Origin: a bacterium
GTDB lineage: Bacteria; Patescibacteriota; Minisyncoccia; Phycocordibacterales; JAKAEA01
Length of the DNA: 55,818 nt
Assembly (NCBI GenBank): GCA_021785065.1
Contig: JAJYGQ010000001.1
Location: 1 to 55,818 of the forward strand
Reading direction: 5' to 3'
The notes beneath the pieces were generated by a model that searched no databases, was not told the origin of the DNA, and saw only the letters and a program-made list of their open reading frames with translations. Position numbers and translations under genes: made by a program. This document shows, one piece after another, positions 20,401-30,040 of the stretch (positions within the stretch are counted from its first letter, which is position 1; each line of letters starts with the position of its first letter).

Positions 20401-20972
20401 CTGCCTCATCAGGTATCAGCGCTTTATGGAAAAATTCTAGTGGCGTATGGTCCTCGTGGTCAAGCGCTCCCAGTACCCAAAGTGTTTCAGTATCATATGA
20501 CGGAACAGGTGTTGGAAGTGGTGTGTGGCCGGTAAAATTGACAAATACAGGAACCAGTCCAGCTTCAGTGTCGTTTATGCTCCAAAATTGTGTTGATACA
20601 AACGGTAATACATTACCCACCCAACAGCCTACTGTCACTGTGAATCCACTTAATCCAGTCATTTCTAACTTCTCATTCAGCAATACCTGCTCAGATCCCA
20701 ATCTTACGCTTGATGTGTCTAGTCAAGGCTCGGTCTCGTGCACAGTTACTGGTCCATCATTTAGTCAAACATATACAGGCACTCCCTCGAGTACTTTTGG
20801 CTCGGCTATCAGTCAGACAATTCCGACGAGTGCGCAAAGTGGTGCTACTTATTCCGTTAGTTGTACGAATAGCGGTGGTAGTAGCGGGTCACAAACAGCA
20901 ACATTTAGTCCAACTTCTACCTGTACTCCCGCATCGTCTTCGGGTGGCAGTACCAATTTCCTTCAATTTTAA
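17406..20972 (+). CDS. Large secreted/surface protein, architectural paralog of 13880-17323
   Basis: ATG 17406 gives a signal peptide (VVFA/Q); TM-KKKR-hydrophobic-VHA at aa 403-454; Ig-like repeats (YTITC, YSMTC, YSVSC). Confidence 0.8.
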   Translation: MSLYKGCLLASFLAIIALVVPSVVFAQTSTSTTQARALDQVTQLYVQNLKLNATSYKAGDTVQGSFSLVDDNTIDASNVYYRVAYMGNYTGHNLPQYQYFTGNIVGPIFVPATGATHETFSFTLPNIQVGTSSVGIEVQALNQAGRLYSWDDAQFTLIKGGNVPTLNVSSVFLKVGTTTFSPTTGPTIFSDETGQLVAKLYNPGNASVTVTPQISIYNRVIGTSVLLATPSLPVTVTPQHTATVTYSLPTFHNTPGVYAGTLDFTDAQNVVRSAQYQFRYIVPGAIATIQSVLLNPMNQVRANQPVQVTIVYTGAPDNILTYQSANQGQGQISTTLYDRDGTKLSQATTTGSLNGTVKKNVTLTPEQAGQGLFVKVVISKNGKVLSTYTTVSPPALASHTSSLTGLWYLLASMTILGVLIGYLWWKKKRGSAIPLAILFVVIMFTFPSVTPVHAETLSTDACTQGMVGACFDGWTYTNIVNTYGDYYPGYYLLTPDDITLYGDPLGWPMGSAGDGIVVGEGETFDVPLFVNANTCLNSAEQITGSATFNGQTNSFQSSFTAQASSTDHSTYAQTDYLNAGTYVAPTTPGTYQVKFSITNTWLNGGPNGIPVYTTVYGYLNVYVIAPASGSSITAQGECNPYDNNYPAIQVGLPGSAYAGPTLVSAGWLNYNLDVSTDNFQSPNYWWEQINTAYAVSIYPLLIEAGGYNDPNFFMPNNNQGNLYLLPGTTYYLRMDDPGVSYGTSISTTIPGNCAVPPVPVVTLTASSSSITLGSSDLLTWTSINVQSCNSAFSSSSATNGSASVTPSQTGTSTYTITCVDSSGNDVSSSASIDVVSAPPPPPPSVTLTPTSQTIILGQSASISSTVTATSPATISSCTLSSGGTSQTVTPNTLISEAPTQLGDTSYSMTCTDSNGNSATAPSTITTVLPTFSFTAPTSPVPSNTSFNLQWNFTTPSGLTMRVPHPSLWQNMLATLGLEPAPAYAATSGDTFTCDLSWSTASSGISALWKNSSGVWSSWSSAPSTQSVSVSYDGTGVGSGVWPVKLTNTGTSPASVSFMLQNCVDTNGNTLPTQQPTVTVNPLNPVISNFSFSNTCSDPNLTLDVSSQGSVSCTVTGPSFSQTYTGTPSSTFGSAISQTIPTSAQSGATYSVSCTNSGGSSGSQTATFSPTSTCTPASSSGGSTNFLQF

Positions 20973-20995
20973 AATCCCAGCGCACACGTTCCTAG

Positions 20996-23071
<2,076 letters not shown>

Positions 23072-23118
23072 AATTCTTGACTTTTTAAAAAATTTTGCTA
23101 GTATAAAAGATGTAATTT

Positions 23119-23649
23119 CTAGGAAAAAGCACTCCTTAAGGTATCGTCCTTAAGCAGTGCTTTTTTATATGCAAGTTTTTCTTTGAGGCGATCAATATAT
23201 TGTATTTTATCTTGAGCAGATTGCTTTAATAATATAGAACAATGTTCTTTATCGGCACTTATTAATTTTTCCAATTTACCTTGCTCGTAAAGATGGCGAA
23301 CAAGAGAATAAAAATCTCCATCACTAGAGACAATAATTGCTCCATGAAATTGATGCCAATTAATAAGGACTTGAAAAACTAAGTCAGCATCGACATTACC
23401 TTTTATAAAGCCATTAGTATCTGGAATAGTTGGTTTGAATTTTAAGATAAAATTTATTTCTTCTAAAAAAGTGTATAGTTTTTGATTGGTCGGCAAAAAT
23501 CCAATAAACAGATACGCTTTCTGAACGTGATATTTTTCTTGCAAATAAATTCTGAATCGTCGATAATCCAGTTTCCATCCCAGTTTCTTAATACCTAAAT
23601 TAAGATTTTGTCCATCTATGAAAGCATAATTATGTATTGTTTTCTTCAT
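23119..23649 (-). CDS. NYN domain protein (LabA/DUF88, PIN-like fold)
   Basis: AFIDGQNL, KGNVDADL, IVSSDGDFYSLV; AT-rich. Confidence 0.9.
   Translation of the reverse strand: MKKTIHNYAFIDGQNLNLGIKKLGWKLDYRRFRIYLQEKYHVQKAYLFIGFLPTNQKLYTFLEEINFILKFKPTIPDTNGFIKGNVDADLVFQVLINWHQFHGAIIVSSDGDFYSLVRHLYEQGKLEKLISADKEHCSILLKQSAQDKIQYIDRLKEKLAYKKALLKDDTLRSAFS
23124..23166. terminator. Bidirectional terminator-like hairpin inside the NYN 3' end
   Basis: AAAAAGCACT-cc-TTAAGG-tatcgt-CCTTAA-gc-AGTGCTTTTT; U-tracts on both strands. Confidence 0.7.
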
Positions 23650-23749
23650 AGTACGAACGTAACACAGATATCCTAAAATATTTTTTAGGAAAATCTAAAT
23701 AAAAGATGAATCTGGCTCACATTCCATTTTGTGTTATTATGTCGCTATT

Positions 23750-24037
23750 ATGATATCCACAGATGATGTAAAAAAATTGGCGGCGCTGGCGCGTATTAAA
23801 TTGACACTCGAAGAAGAAACTTCGCTCGCTGGTGATATGGAAAATATTTTGGGCTATGTGCAGCAACTTCAAGACGTGTCGGCCGAGCAGCACGCGGTAG
23901 CTGCTGATGCAAACGCGGCGCGCAATGTCTTGCGTCCCGATGAAGCCCCGCATGAGCGCGGTGCATACTCGGAAGATTTACTTGCTGCTGCACCGGCGCG
24001 TCAGGGTCAACATGTAAAGGTAAAAAAGATTCTATGA
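23750..24037 (+). CDS. gatC: Asp/Glu-tRNA amidotransferase subunit C
   Basis: DDVKKLAALARI, NVLRPDE, VKVKKIL; overlaps the gatA start. Confidence 0.93.
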   Translation: MISTDDVKKLAALARIKLTLEEETSLAGDMENILGYVQQLQDVSAEQHAVAADANAARNVLRPDEAPHERGAYSEDLLAAAPARQGQHVKVKKIL

Positions 24038-25467
24038 AATCTGATCTTGCTCACTTAACAATCGCCAAGGCTCGCGAGCTGCTTGATCGCGGTGATGTTT
24101 CGGCTGTGGAACTTGCCGAGGCCTATCTCGACCGGATTGCCAAGGAAAATCCAAAACTCAATGCCTATCTAGAAGTCTATGATGATGTGCGTGAGCAAGC
24201 TAAGGCTGCCGACCAGCTGCTCGCTGCTGGGAAAAAAGCGGCGCTCACCGGAATTCCGATTTCGATAAAAGATAATATTCTCTTGAAAGGAAAAATTGCT
24301 TCGGCGGCGTCAAAAATGCTCGCTAACTATACGGCGAGCTACGACGCCACGGTTATCGACCGGCTCAAAAAGCAGGGCGCGGTTTTTTTGGGGCGCACCA
24401 ATATGGATGAATTTGCTATGGGCGGCTCCACGGAAAATTCAGCACTGGGGCCGACAAAAAATCCGCACGATATTTCGCGGGTGCCCGGTGGCTCTTCGGG
24501 CGGGGCGGCGGCATCGGTCGCTGCTGACTTGGCGGTGGCGGCGCTCGGTTCCGACACTGGTGGTTCCATTCGCCAGCCAGCGAGCTTCTGCGGTGTGGTC
24601 GGTTTGAAACCGACCTACGGTGCAGTGTCACGCTCTGGCCTTATGGCGATGGCTTCCTCGCTCGATCAAATCGGTCCGCTCGCTAAAACGGTAGCTGATG
24701 CCGAAATACTTTTTAATGCTATTGCCGGCCGTGACCCCAAAGATGCAACCACGATAGATCGTCCCGTAGCGCCCGCGGTGGCCAATAAAAAATTGGTTGT
24801 CGGGGTGCCGCGCGATTTTTTGGAAAAAGGTGTTGACCCCGACGTGTTGAAAAATTTTGAAACTTCACTGGCCGCTCTCAAATCGGCAGGCGTAGAAATT
24901 CGCGATGTCACGTTGCCGAATTTGAAATATTCTCTTGCCGTCTACTACGTGGTAATGCCGGCTGAAGTTTCTTCAAACCTCGCTCGTTTCGATGGGATGC
25001 GCTATGGCCTCCACAAAGATGCGCCGACCCTGCTCGAAGAATATTTGGCGACGCGCCGCGAAGGTTTCGGAGCGGAGAGTCGCCGTCGCATTATGCTCGG
25101 CACTTACGTGCTCTCAACCGGCTACTACGACGCCTACTACGGCAAAGCCACCGCGGTACGCGAGTTACTAAAAAGTGATTTTGCGGCGGTGTTTGCCCAG
25201 GGTGTTGATTGTATTTTGACACCAACATCGCCAACGCCAGCGTTTAAAATAGGGGAGAAGTCAGCCGATCCGCTCGCTATGTATCTCGCCGATATTTTTA
25301 CCGTGTCCGCGAATCTCGTTACCTTACCAGCCATCTCGGTGCCGTCGGGTTTTGCAAAGCGCGATGGCGCGCAGCTGCCGCTCGGTATTCAGTTCACCGC
25401 GCCCTATGCTCGTGAAGACATTTTATTCACCATCGGCAAACTTTTTGAACAGGCGAATAACGCGTAA
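24034..25467 (+). CDS. gatA: Asp/Glu-tRNA amidotransferase subunit A
   Basis: IKDNI, GRTNMDEFAMGGSTENS, GGSSGG, GSDTGGSIRQPA amidase signature. Confidence 0.98.
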   Translation: MKSDLAHLTIAKARELLDRGDVSAVELAEAYLDRIAKENPKLNAYLEVYDDVREQAKAADQLLAAGKKAALTGIPISIKDNILLKGKIASAASKMLANYTASYDATVIDRLKKQGAVFLGRTNMDEFAMGGSTENSALGPTKNPHDISRVPGGSSGGAAASVAADLAVAALGSDTGGSIRQPASFCGVVGLKPTYGAVSRSGLMAMASSLDQIGPLAKTVADAEILFNAIAGRDPKDATTIDRPVAPAVANKKLVVGVPRDFLEKGVDPDVLKNFETSLAALKSAGVEIRDVTLPNLKYSLAVYYVVMPAEVSSNLARFDGMRYGLHKDAPTLLEEYLATRREGFGAESRRRIMLGTYVLSTGYYDAYYGKATAVRELLKSDFAAVFAQGVDCILTPTSPTPAFKIGEKSADPLAMYLADIFTVSANLVTLPAISVPSGFAKRDGAQLPLGIQFTAPYAREDILFTIGKLFEQANNA

Positions 25468-25485
25468 CGTTGTATAATTGGCCAT

Positions 25486-26283
25486 ATGGCCGATGGTGAC
25501 GAAAAGAAGGACGATACAAAAGACGTACCAAAAGAATCCACTTTTTTGTCGGGCTTAAATGCTGTTGAGTGGGTGGTGATAGCCATTATCGTATTTGCCG
25601 TTGCTATTCACGCGGAGCGTTTTTTTGCGGGTGGTAAAAAAAGCATGTTTAATATCTGGCTCGCGGCGCAGCCAAGTGTTGTGGCTGCTCTTGACGCGAC
25701 GAGAATGTGGATTACAGGGACAGTTCAAACACTTACCGCATTTTCTAATGGTGTGTCGCTTTTCATTCTTATCTTTATCGGTTACTTTATGTTTCGTACA
25801 AGTGAAATAGGTAAAGCGTGGCGTAAGAGTCTCTATCCCGCTGAAAAAAAAGCATCCCACGAAGAAGTTTCCACGATAGTTTCCGAGTCGGCTCGTAGCG
25901 TCTCTTTTGTTCCCGCTAATCTGCCCACCGGTCAACCGGTTACCGTATTGCCGTCCAGCACAGTTGAACAAAATCCGCGTTGGCAAAAAGTGCTCGAGCA
26001 TACAGTGTCCGATAATCCGAGCGATTGGCGTTTAGCGATTCTCGAAGCGGATATCGTGCTAGAGGAAACACTTGATCGGGCCGGCTACGTCGGTGATACG
26101 CTGGGTGATAAGTTAAAAAATTCTGAAAAGCGACCCTTTGCGAGCTTAAACGCGGCGTGGGAAGCGCATCGAATTCGCAACGCCATCGCTCACCAAGGTC
26201 AAGGTTTCGAGCTAACGCAACGTGATGCACGTCGTGTCATATCTCTTTTTGAGGCTGTCTTCCGTGAACTTGGTAGTGTGTAG
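25486..26283 (+). CDS. Membrane-anchored hypothetical protein
   Basis: Two N-terminal hydrophobic segments; C-terminal WRLAILEAD...GDKLK...AWEAHRIRNAIAH domain (HEPN-like RxxxxH). Confidence 0.7.
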   Translation: MADGDEKKDDTKDVPKESTFLSGLNAVEWVVIAIIVFAVAIHAERFFAGGKKSMFNIWLAAQPSVVAALDATRMWITGTVQTLTAFSNGVSLFILIFIGYFMFRTSEIGKAWRKSLYPAEKKASHEEVSTIVSESARSVSFVPANLPTGQPVTVLPSSTVEQNPRWQKVLEHTVSDNPSDWRLAILEADIVLEETLDRAGYVGDTLGDKLKNSEKRPFASLNAAWEAHRIRNAIAHQGQGFELTQRDARRVISLFEAVFRELGSV

Positions 26284-26326
26284 AAATTTGCCGAATCTGT
26301 TTTCTCTGGTATACTAAATACTTTAT

Positions 26327-26397
26327 AGCGGGGTAGTGGACTGGTACCACGTCAGGCTCATAACCTGAAGAAAGAAGTTCGATTCTTCTCCCCGCCA
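26327..26397 (+). tRNA. Initiator tRNA-fMet(CAT), unconventional
   Basis: A1xC72 mismatch, anticodon stem TCAGG/CCTGA, loop CTCATAA, A73; CCA not encoded. Confidence 0.85.
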
Positions 26398-26439
26398 CAC
26401 GTTTCAAAAATTTCAAAAATCTGCTAGTATCAGCCAGTC

Positions 26440-26515
26440 GTCGGAGTAGCTCAGTTGGTAGAGCACGGGACTCATAAGCCCGGGGTCGTGGGTTCGATCC
26501 CCACCTCCGACACCA
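26440..26515 (+). tRNA. tRNA with CAT anticodon (elongator Met or Ile2)
   Basis: GTCGGAG/CTCCGAC fully paired acceptor stem, loop CTCATAA, encoded CCA. Confidence 0.9.
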
Positions 26516-26531
26516 TTTTCTTTTTAAACAG

Positions 26532-26559
26532 TTGCCTTTTTTGTATTACGTAGTATAAT
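26532..26559 (+). promoter_or_regulatory. Sigma70-like promoter for small ORF 26671
   Basis: TTGCCT-N16-TATAAT. Confidence 0.55.
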
Positions 26560-26670
26560 GCAAAGTGATCGTGGAACCGAGAGCCTTGCAGTGTTTGGGG
26601 ATATGGACGTCCTCAACTATAATGTTCTTCGATTTGTTCCACGATGGGCTATTCAAGGAAAGGGTAGCGT

Positions 26671-26922
26671 ATGTCTCATCTCACTGTGGGAGCTGGCATT
26701 CTGCCGGCCGAAGCCGCTCTGGCGGCTCAACGTGGTTCTGACAGAGGTCACTCGACTTCGTCAGAAGGGCAGTCTGTGGATCTTCGAAGTTGGTTTGAGC
26801 GTCTGCTTGAACCTACTAAAGAAGAGCTAGCGCAAGAGGCGTTTGAGCGTAGCATCCGTACTTACGGATGCACTCCTCGGACAGCAGCTGTTATTCCGAT
26901 TCTTCCACGAGGATCGACATAA
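26671..26922 (+). CDS. Hypothetical protein (83 aa)
   Basis: Purine-rich SD (AAGGAAAGGG), upstream promoter and downstream terminator; no recognisable motif. Confidence 0.5.
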   Translation: MSHLTVGAGILPAEAALAAQRGSDRGHSTSSEGQSVDLRSWFERLLEPTKEELAQEAFERSIRTYGCTPRTAAVIPILPRGST

Positions 26923-26926
26923 CGAA

Positions 26927-26968
26927 AGGACTTCGCGCAAACATCGATGTGTGCGAAGTCCTATTTTT
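26927..26968 (+). terminator. Intrinsic terminator
   Basis: AGGACTTCGC...GCGAAGTCCT stem followed by ATTTTT. Confidence 0.7.
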
Positions 26969-27026
26969 ATGGGTCTTTTATATAAAATTGTCGGCGCGGA
27001 AAAAATTTGATAGATTAGACGACACT

Positions 27027-27104
27027 GGGGTCGTAGCTCAACTTGGTTAGAGCACTCGCCTGTCACGCGAGAGGTTGCGGGTTCAAGTCCCGTCGGCCCC
27101 GCCA
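27027..27104 (+). tRNA. tRNA-Asp(GTC)
   Basis: GGGGTCG/CGGCCCC acceptor, CTCGC-CTGTCAC-GCGAG, G73 CCA. Confidence 0.96.
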
Positions 27105-27134
27105 CGATTTTAGGATTATCCGTACGGATTTAGT

Positions 27135-27911
27135 TTAGTAGGGATTGCAAGTACAAACATTATTTCCCGAGCATTGCTGTGCTGCCTTAACTGGTCCACA
27201 ATAGTTGCCAGTTATACTCGTTATTATAGGACCGGGAGTGCTACTCGTTTCTTCCCAACCCCACGTACAACTTTCAGTAACATTCTGGTTGTTAACAAAA
27301 CTTATACCGTACGTTCCGCCTTCAGCAAAACCTCTGCAAGGAAGACCCATAATACACGGATCAGAATTCATTTCCCACGTTGGGTACAACACAATATCGC
27401 TGCTTGGCAAATTAGGGTAAAGACTCTGGGACGTTATGTTTTTAATACGACACTGGGGTCCTGTTACATTTGCGGGATTGGTGACATCTAATGTTGCACT
27501 AAAAACAGCTCCGACGGGTGTATCTGTTCCATAATTATAATAGGAGTAACTCTGATCAAGGTTGGCAGGAATACTCGCGAGGTCTCCCTGTTGCACCAAC
27601 TGATTCATACTTGCTTCGTAGGCGAGTACGTTTTGCTGCATAGAACCAGAAACAGCATTGACGTTACTCGTAATCGTACACGACGCCAGAGTTGTGCCAC
27701 TACAGGTGTAATTAGGTGGCATCGTGCCATTTTTCTCATAGTAGAGCTCTAAAGCAGTCTGGACCTGTCCCACCTCGCTTATTTTTTGAGCATCTCGCGC
27801 TTTTGCTTTTGCTGAACTCACCGAGAAAAATACAATACTTGCCAGCAAGCTGATGATGGCAATGACTACCAAAAGCTCGATGAGGGTGAAAGCGGGGGAG
27901 GATTTTGACAT
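27135..27911 (-). CDS. Orphan type IV pilin-like protein
   Basis: PA/FTLIELLVVIAIISLLASIV, ARDAQKISEVGQVQTALELYY; Cys-rich variable C-terminus. Confidence 0.85.
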   Translation of the reverse strand: MSKSSPAFTLIELLVVIAIISLLASIVFFSVSSAKAKARDAQKISEVGQVQTALELYYEKNGTMPPNYTCSGTTLASCTITSNVNAVSGSMQQNVLAYEASMNQLVQQGDLASIPANLDQSYSYYNYGTDTPVGAVFSATLDVTNPANVTGPQCRIKNITSQSLYPNLPSSDIVLYPTWEMNSDPCIMGLPCRGFAEGGTYGISFVNNQNVTESCTWGWEETSSTPGPIITSITGNYCGPVKAAQQCSGNNVCTCNPY

Positions 27912-27950
27912 AGTGAATTGTTTTTTTAAATAATAACATATTTTGGTATT

Positions 27951-27986
27951 AAAAAAGCGCGCGAGTTCCGTTATGGAATCGCGCGC
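27951..27986 (-). terminator. Intrinsic terminator for the lipoprotein gene
   Basis: GCGCGCGA-TTCC...GGAA-c-TCGCGCGC followed by TTTTTT on the minus strand. Confidence 0.75.
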
Positions 27987-28011
27987 CTCACCCCTCTTTC
28001 TTTACTCTTAC

Positions 28012-28446
28012 TTACCGTCGCCAACATGGCGAGCGGTAGGTATATGTCGGGGGTGGGACATATATTGGCGGGGGAGCTGGTGTCCACGTCGGACACTGCT
28101 GCCGATACTCCTCCTGTGGCACAGGTACTACGCGTACCTGTGGCTGAGGTTGGTACTGCGGTTGTGGGCAGTATGACGGAGCTGGCGCTCCGTAACAACT
28201 GCCGCCGCCGGGGATGTTGACCGACATCGGCCCATCCCCGTACGTTTGCCCATTTACACTTGCTTTTTCTGCAGGAAGCTGGGCATTCCCTGAACCCGTG
28301 GGGACGCCGATGTTAATACTTCGGGCATCCGTCCAGGTTGTTGTAATGGTTCTGCAGTTGTTTGCACAACCGCCCAACCCCATTAACATCAGCGCGGCGC
28401 CAGCCACGAGGATCCCTGCGGGGATCCAATTTTTCTTCGTGCTCAT
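28012..28446 (-). CDS. Proline-rich predicted lipoprotein
   Basis: Signal with lipobox LGG/C; SD AAAGGAG; C-terminal APPPIYVPPPTYTY. Confidence 0.7.
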   Translation of the reverse strand: MSTKKNWIPAGILVAGAALMLMGLGGCANNCRTITTTWTDARSINIGVPTGSGNAQLPAEKASVNGQTYGDGPMSVNIPGGGSCYGAPAPSYCPQPQYQPQPQVRVVPVPQEEYRQQCPTWTPAPPPIYVPPPTYTYRSPCWRR

Positions 28447-28643
28447 GGTGTACTCCTTTCATTAAAAGACCAATTCCCTGAGCTGTTCTGGGATTAATTA
28501 TATCATATATTAAATTTATGTCAAGGAATTTTCTATACAAAACAACCGCTATACAAAGCCATATTTTTATTGTTTTTTGTGTCGCTATTCTGGCGTTTTA
28601 GAAAAAAGTGCGCTATAAATATAAGTAATTGAAGCAATTGCCC

Positions 28644-29882
28644 ATGAAAATCCTTTATATTATTACCCAGGGAGAGTGTGGTGGGGCGCAAAAAAATGTT
28701 GTAGATCTTGCAGTGGGGATGCGGGAAGCGGGGCACGGGGTGGTGGTGGCGACGGGGCGACAAGACACCGTGGCAAGTCGTTGGCTTTTTGATGAATTAC
28801 GGGCGGCGGGATTTCGAACAGCATTGCCAACACGATTACTAGGTGCCCGACCAACAGGGCGGCCAGCTACGTCGCCTGACCTTCTCATTATTCCTGCCTT
28901 GCGAAGAGAGGTGCGACCACTTGCTGATATTTTTGCGTGTATTCAGATTATTCGACTCGTTCGGAAATTGCAGCCGGATATTGTACATCTGCATAGTAGT
29001 AAGGCGGGCAGTATTGGCGCGGTGGCGGCAAAGCTTGCTTTCGTGGGAGTGAAGGTGGTGTACACGGTGCACGGTTTCGTGACGACCGAGCCGCTACCAA
29101 CACTAACAAAAACGTTCTATCGCATTTCCGAATTTATCGCCTCATTTTTTCGTGACTTGGTTATTACGGTGTCGGCGCGCGATGAAGCGGTTGGCCAGGC
29201 GCAAAATCTCATTCATAGTCGGAGCGTAGTAATTTATAATGGCGTAGATCAAGCTAAAAAAGCGGGCATTCTACCTTTTTCGCAGGCTCGGGAAGTGCTT
29301 GGTCGCTTATTACCCGCTGACGTTACGGCACTGGCAAGTAATCGGCGGGCGGTTGGCGTTGTGGCTGGTTTGTATCCAACGAAGGGACTCGTCTATCTTC
29401 TTGAGGCCGTCAAGCTTATACGCAGCATAGCGGCCGAGCGTGATGAAATTCGCCAGGTGCCGGTGATTATCATTGGCGATGGACCGTTGCGCAGTGCGCT
29501 AGAAGCGAAAGCGCGCGAGCTTGATATTACCGACCAAGTATTTTTTGTTGGCGCTGTTGATGACGCGTATCGGTACTTGGCAGCCTTCGATCTCATTGTC
29601 TTGCCATCAGTCAAGGAAGGATTCCCTTACGTATTGCTCGAGGCTTTGCTCGCCGGGCGGCCTTTTATAGCGAGTCGTGTGGGTGGCATTTCCGAGCTTG
29701 CGGATATGCTGCCAGATGGTGTTGCTCATCTTGTGCCCTCGGCGGATCCGCGAGCTCTAGCCGCGGCGATGGTAAAATTTTTTCATGAATCGTCACCGTC
29801 GTCTATCCGTCTACCAGAACTCTTTAGTATTGAGCATATGCGCGCCGCTACCTTTGCCGAATATGCGCGGCTGCTAGCATAA
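28644..29882 (+). CDS. Glycosyltransferase family 4 (GT-B)
   Basis: GGAQKNV, VHLHSSKAG, VYTVHG, PSVKEGFPYVLLEA, SRVGGISE. Confidence 0.92.
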   Translation: MKILYIITQGECGGAQKNVVDLAVGMREAGHGVVVATGRQDTVASRWLFDELRAAGFRTALPTRLLGARPTGRPATSPDLLIIPALRREVRPLADIFACIQIIRLVRKLQPDIVHLHSSKAGSIGAVAAKLAFVGVKVVYTVHGFVTTEPLPTLTKTFYRISEFIASFFRDLVITVSARDEAVGQAQNLIHSRSVVIYNGVDQAKKAGILPFSQAREVLGRLLPADVTALASNRRAVGVVAGLYPTKGLVYLLEAVKLIRSIAAERDEIRQVPVIIIGDGPLRSALEAKARELDITDQVFFVGAVDDAYRYLAAFDLIVLPSVKEGFPYVLLEALLAGRPFIASRVGGISELADMLPDGVAHLVPSADPRALAAAMVKFFHESSPSSIRLPELFSIEHMRAATFAEYARLLA

Positions 29883-29926
29883 TTAAAAAAAATATACTAC
29901 TATTCATTTTCAGCGTGCTTGCGCAT

Positions 29927-29999
29927 GCCGTTGTAGCTCAGTTGGTAGAGCATCCCCATGGTAAGGGGAAGGTCGTCGGTTCAATCCCGACCAACGGCT
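29927..29999 (+). tRNA. tRNA-Thr(GGT)
   Basis: GCCGTTG/CAACGGC acceptor, TCCCC-ATGGTAA-GGGGA, U73; CCA not encoded. Confidence 0.95.
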
Positions 30000-30040
30000 C
30001 CCTGTGGTATAATAAGGTTTATTCGTTTAGACTAATGTAT

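Noticed and set aside
28815-28885. Low-complexity insertion (ALPTRLLGARPTGRPATSP) in the GT4 as an in-frame repeat element
   Set aside because: Only a weak GCCC/GGGC hairpin and no second copy in the window; could be an ordinary loop
29915-30040. ORF-track N-terminal extensions (29915, 36427, 38869, 17259, 10127)
   Set aside because: They run through tRNA genes, repeats or upstream genes; downstream ATGs give sensible signal/TM starts
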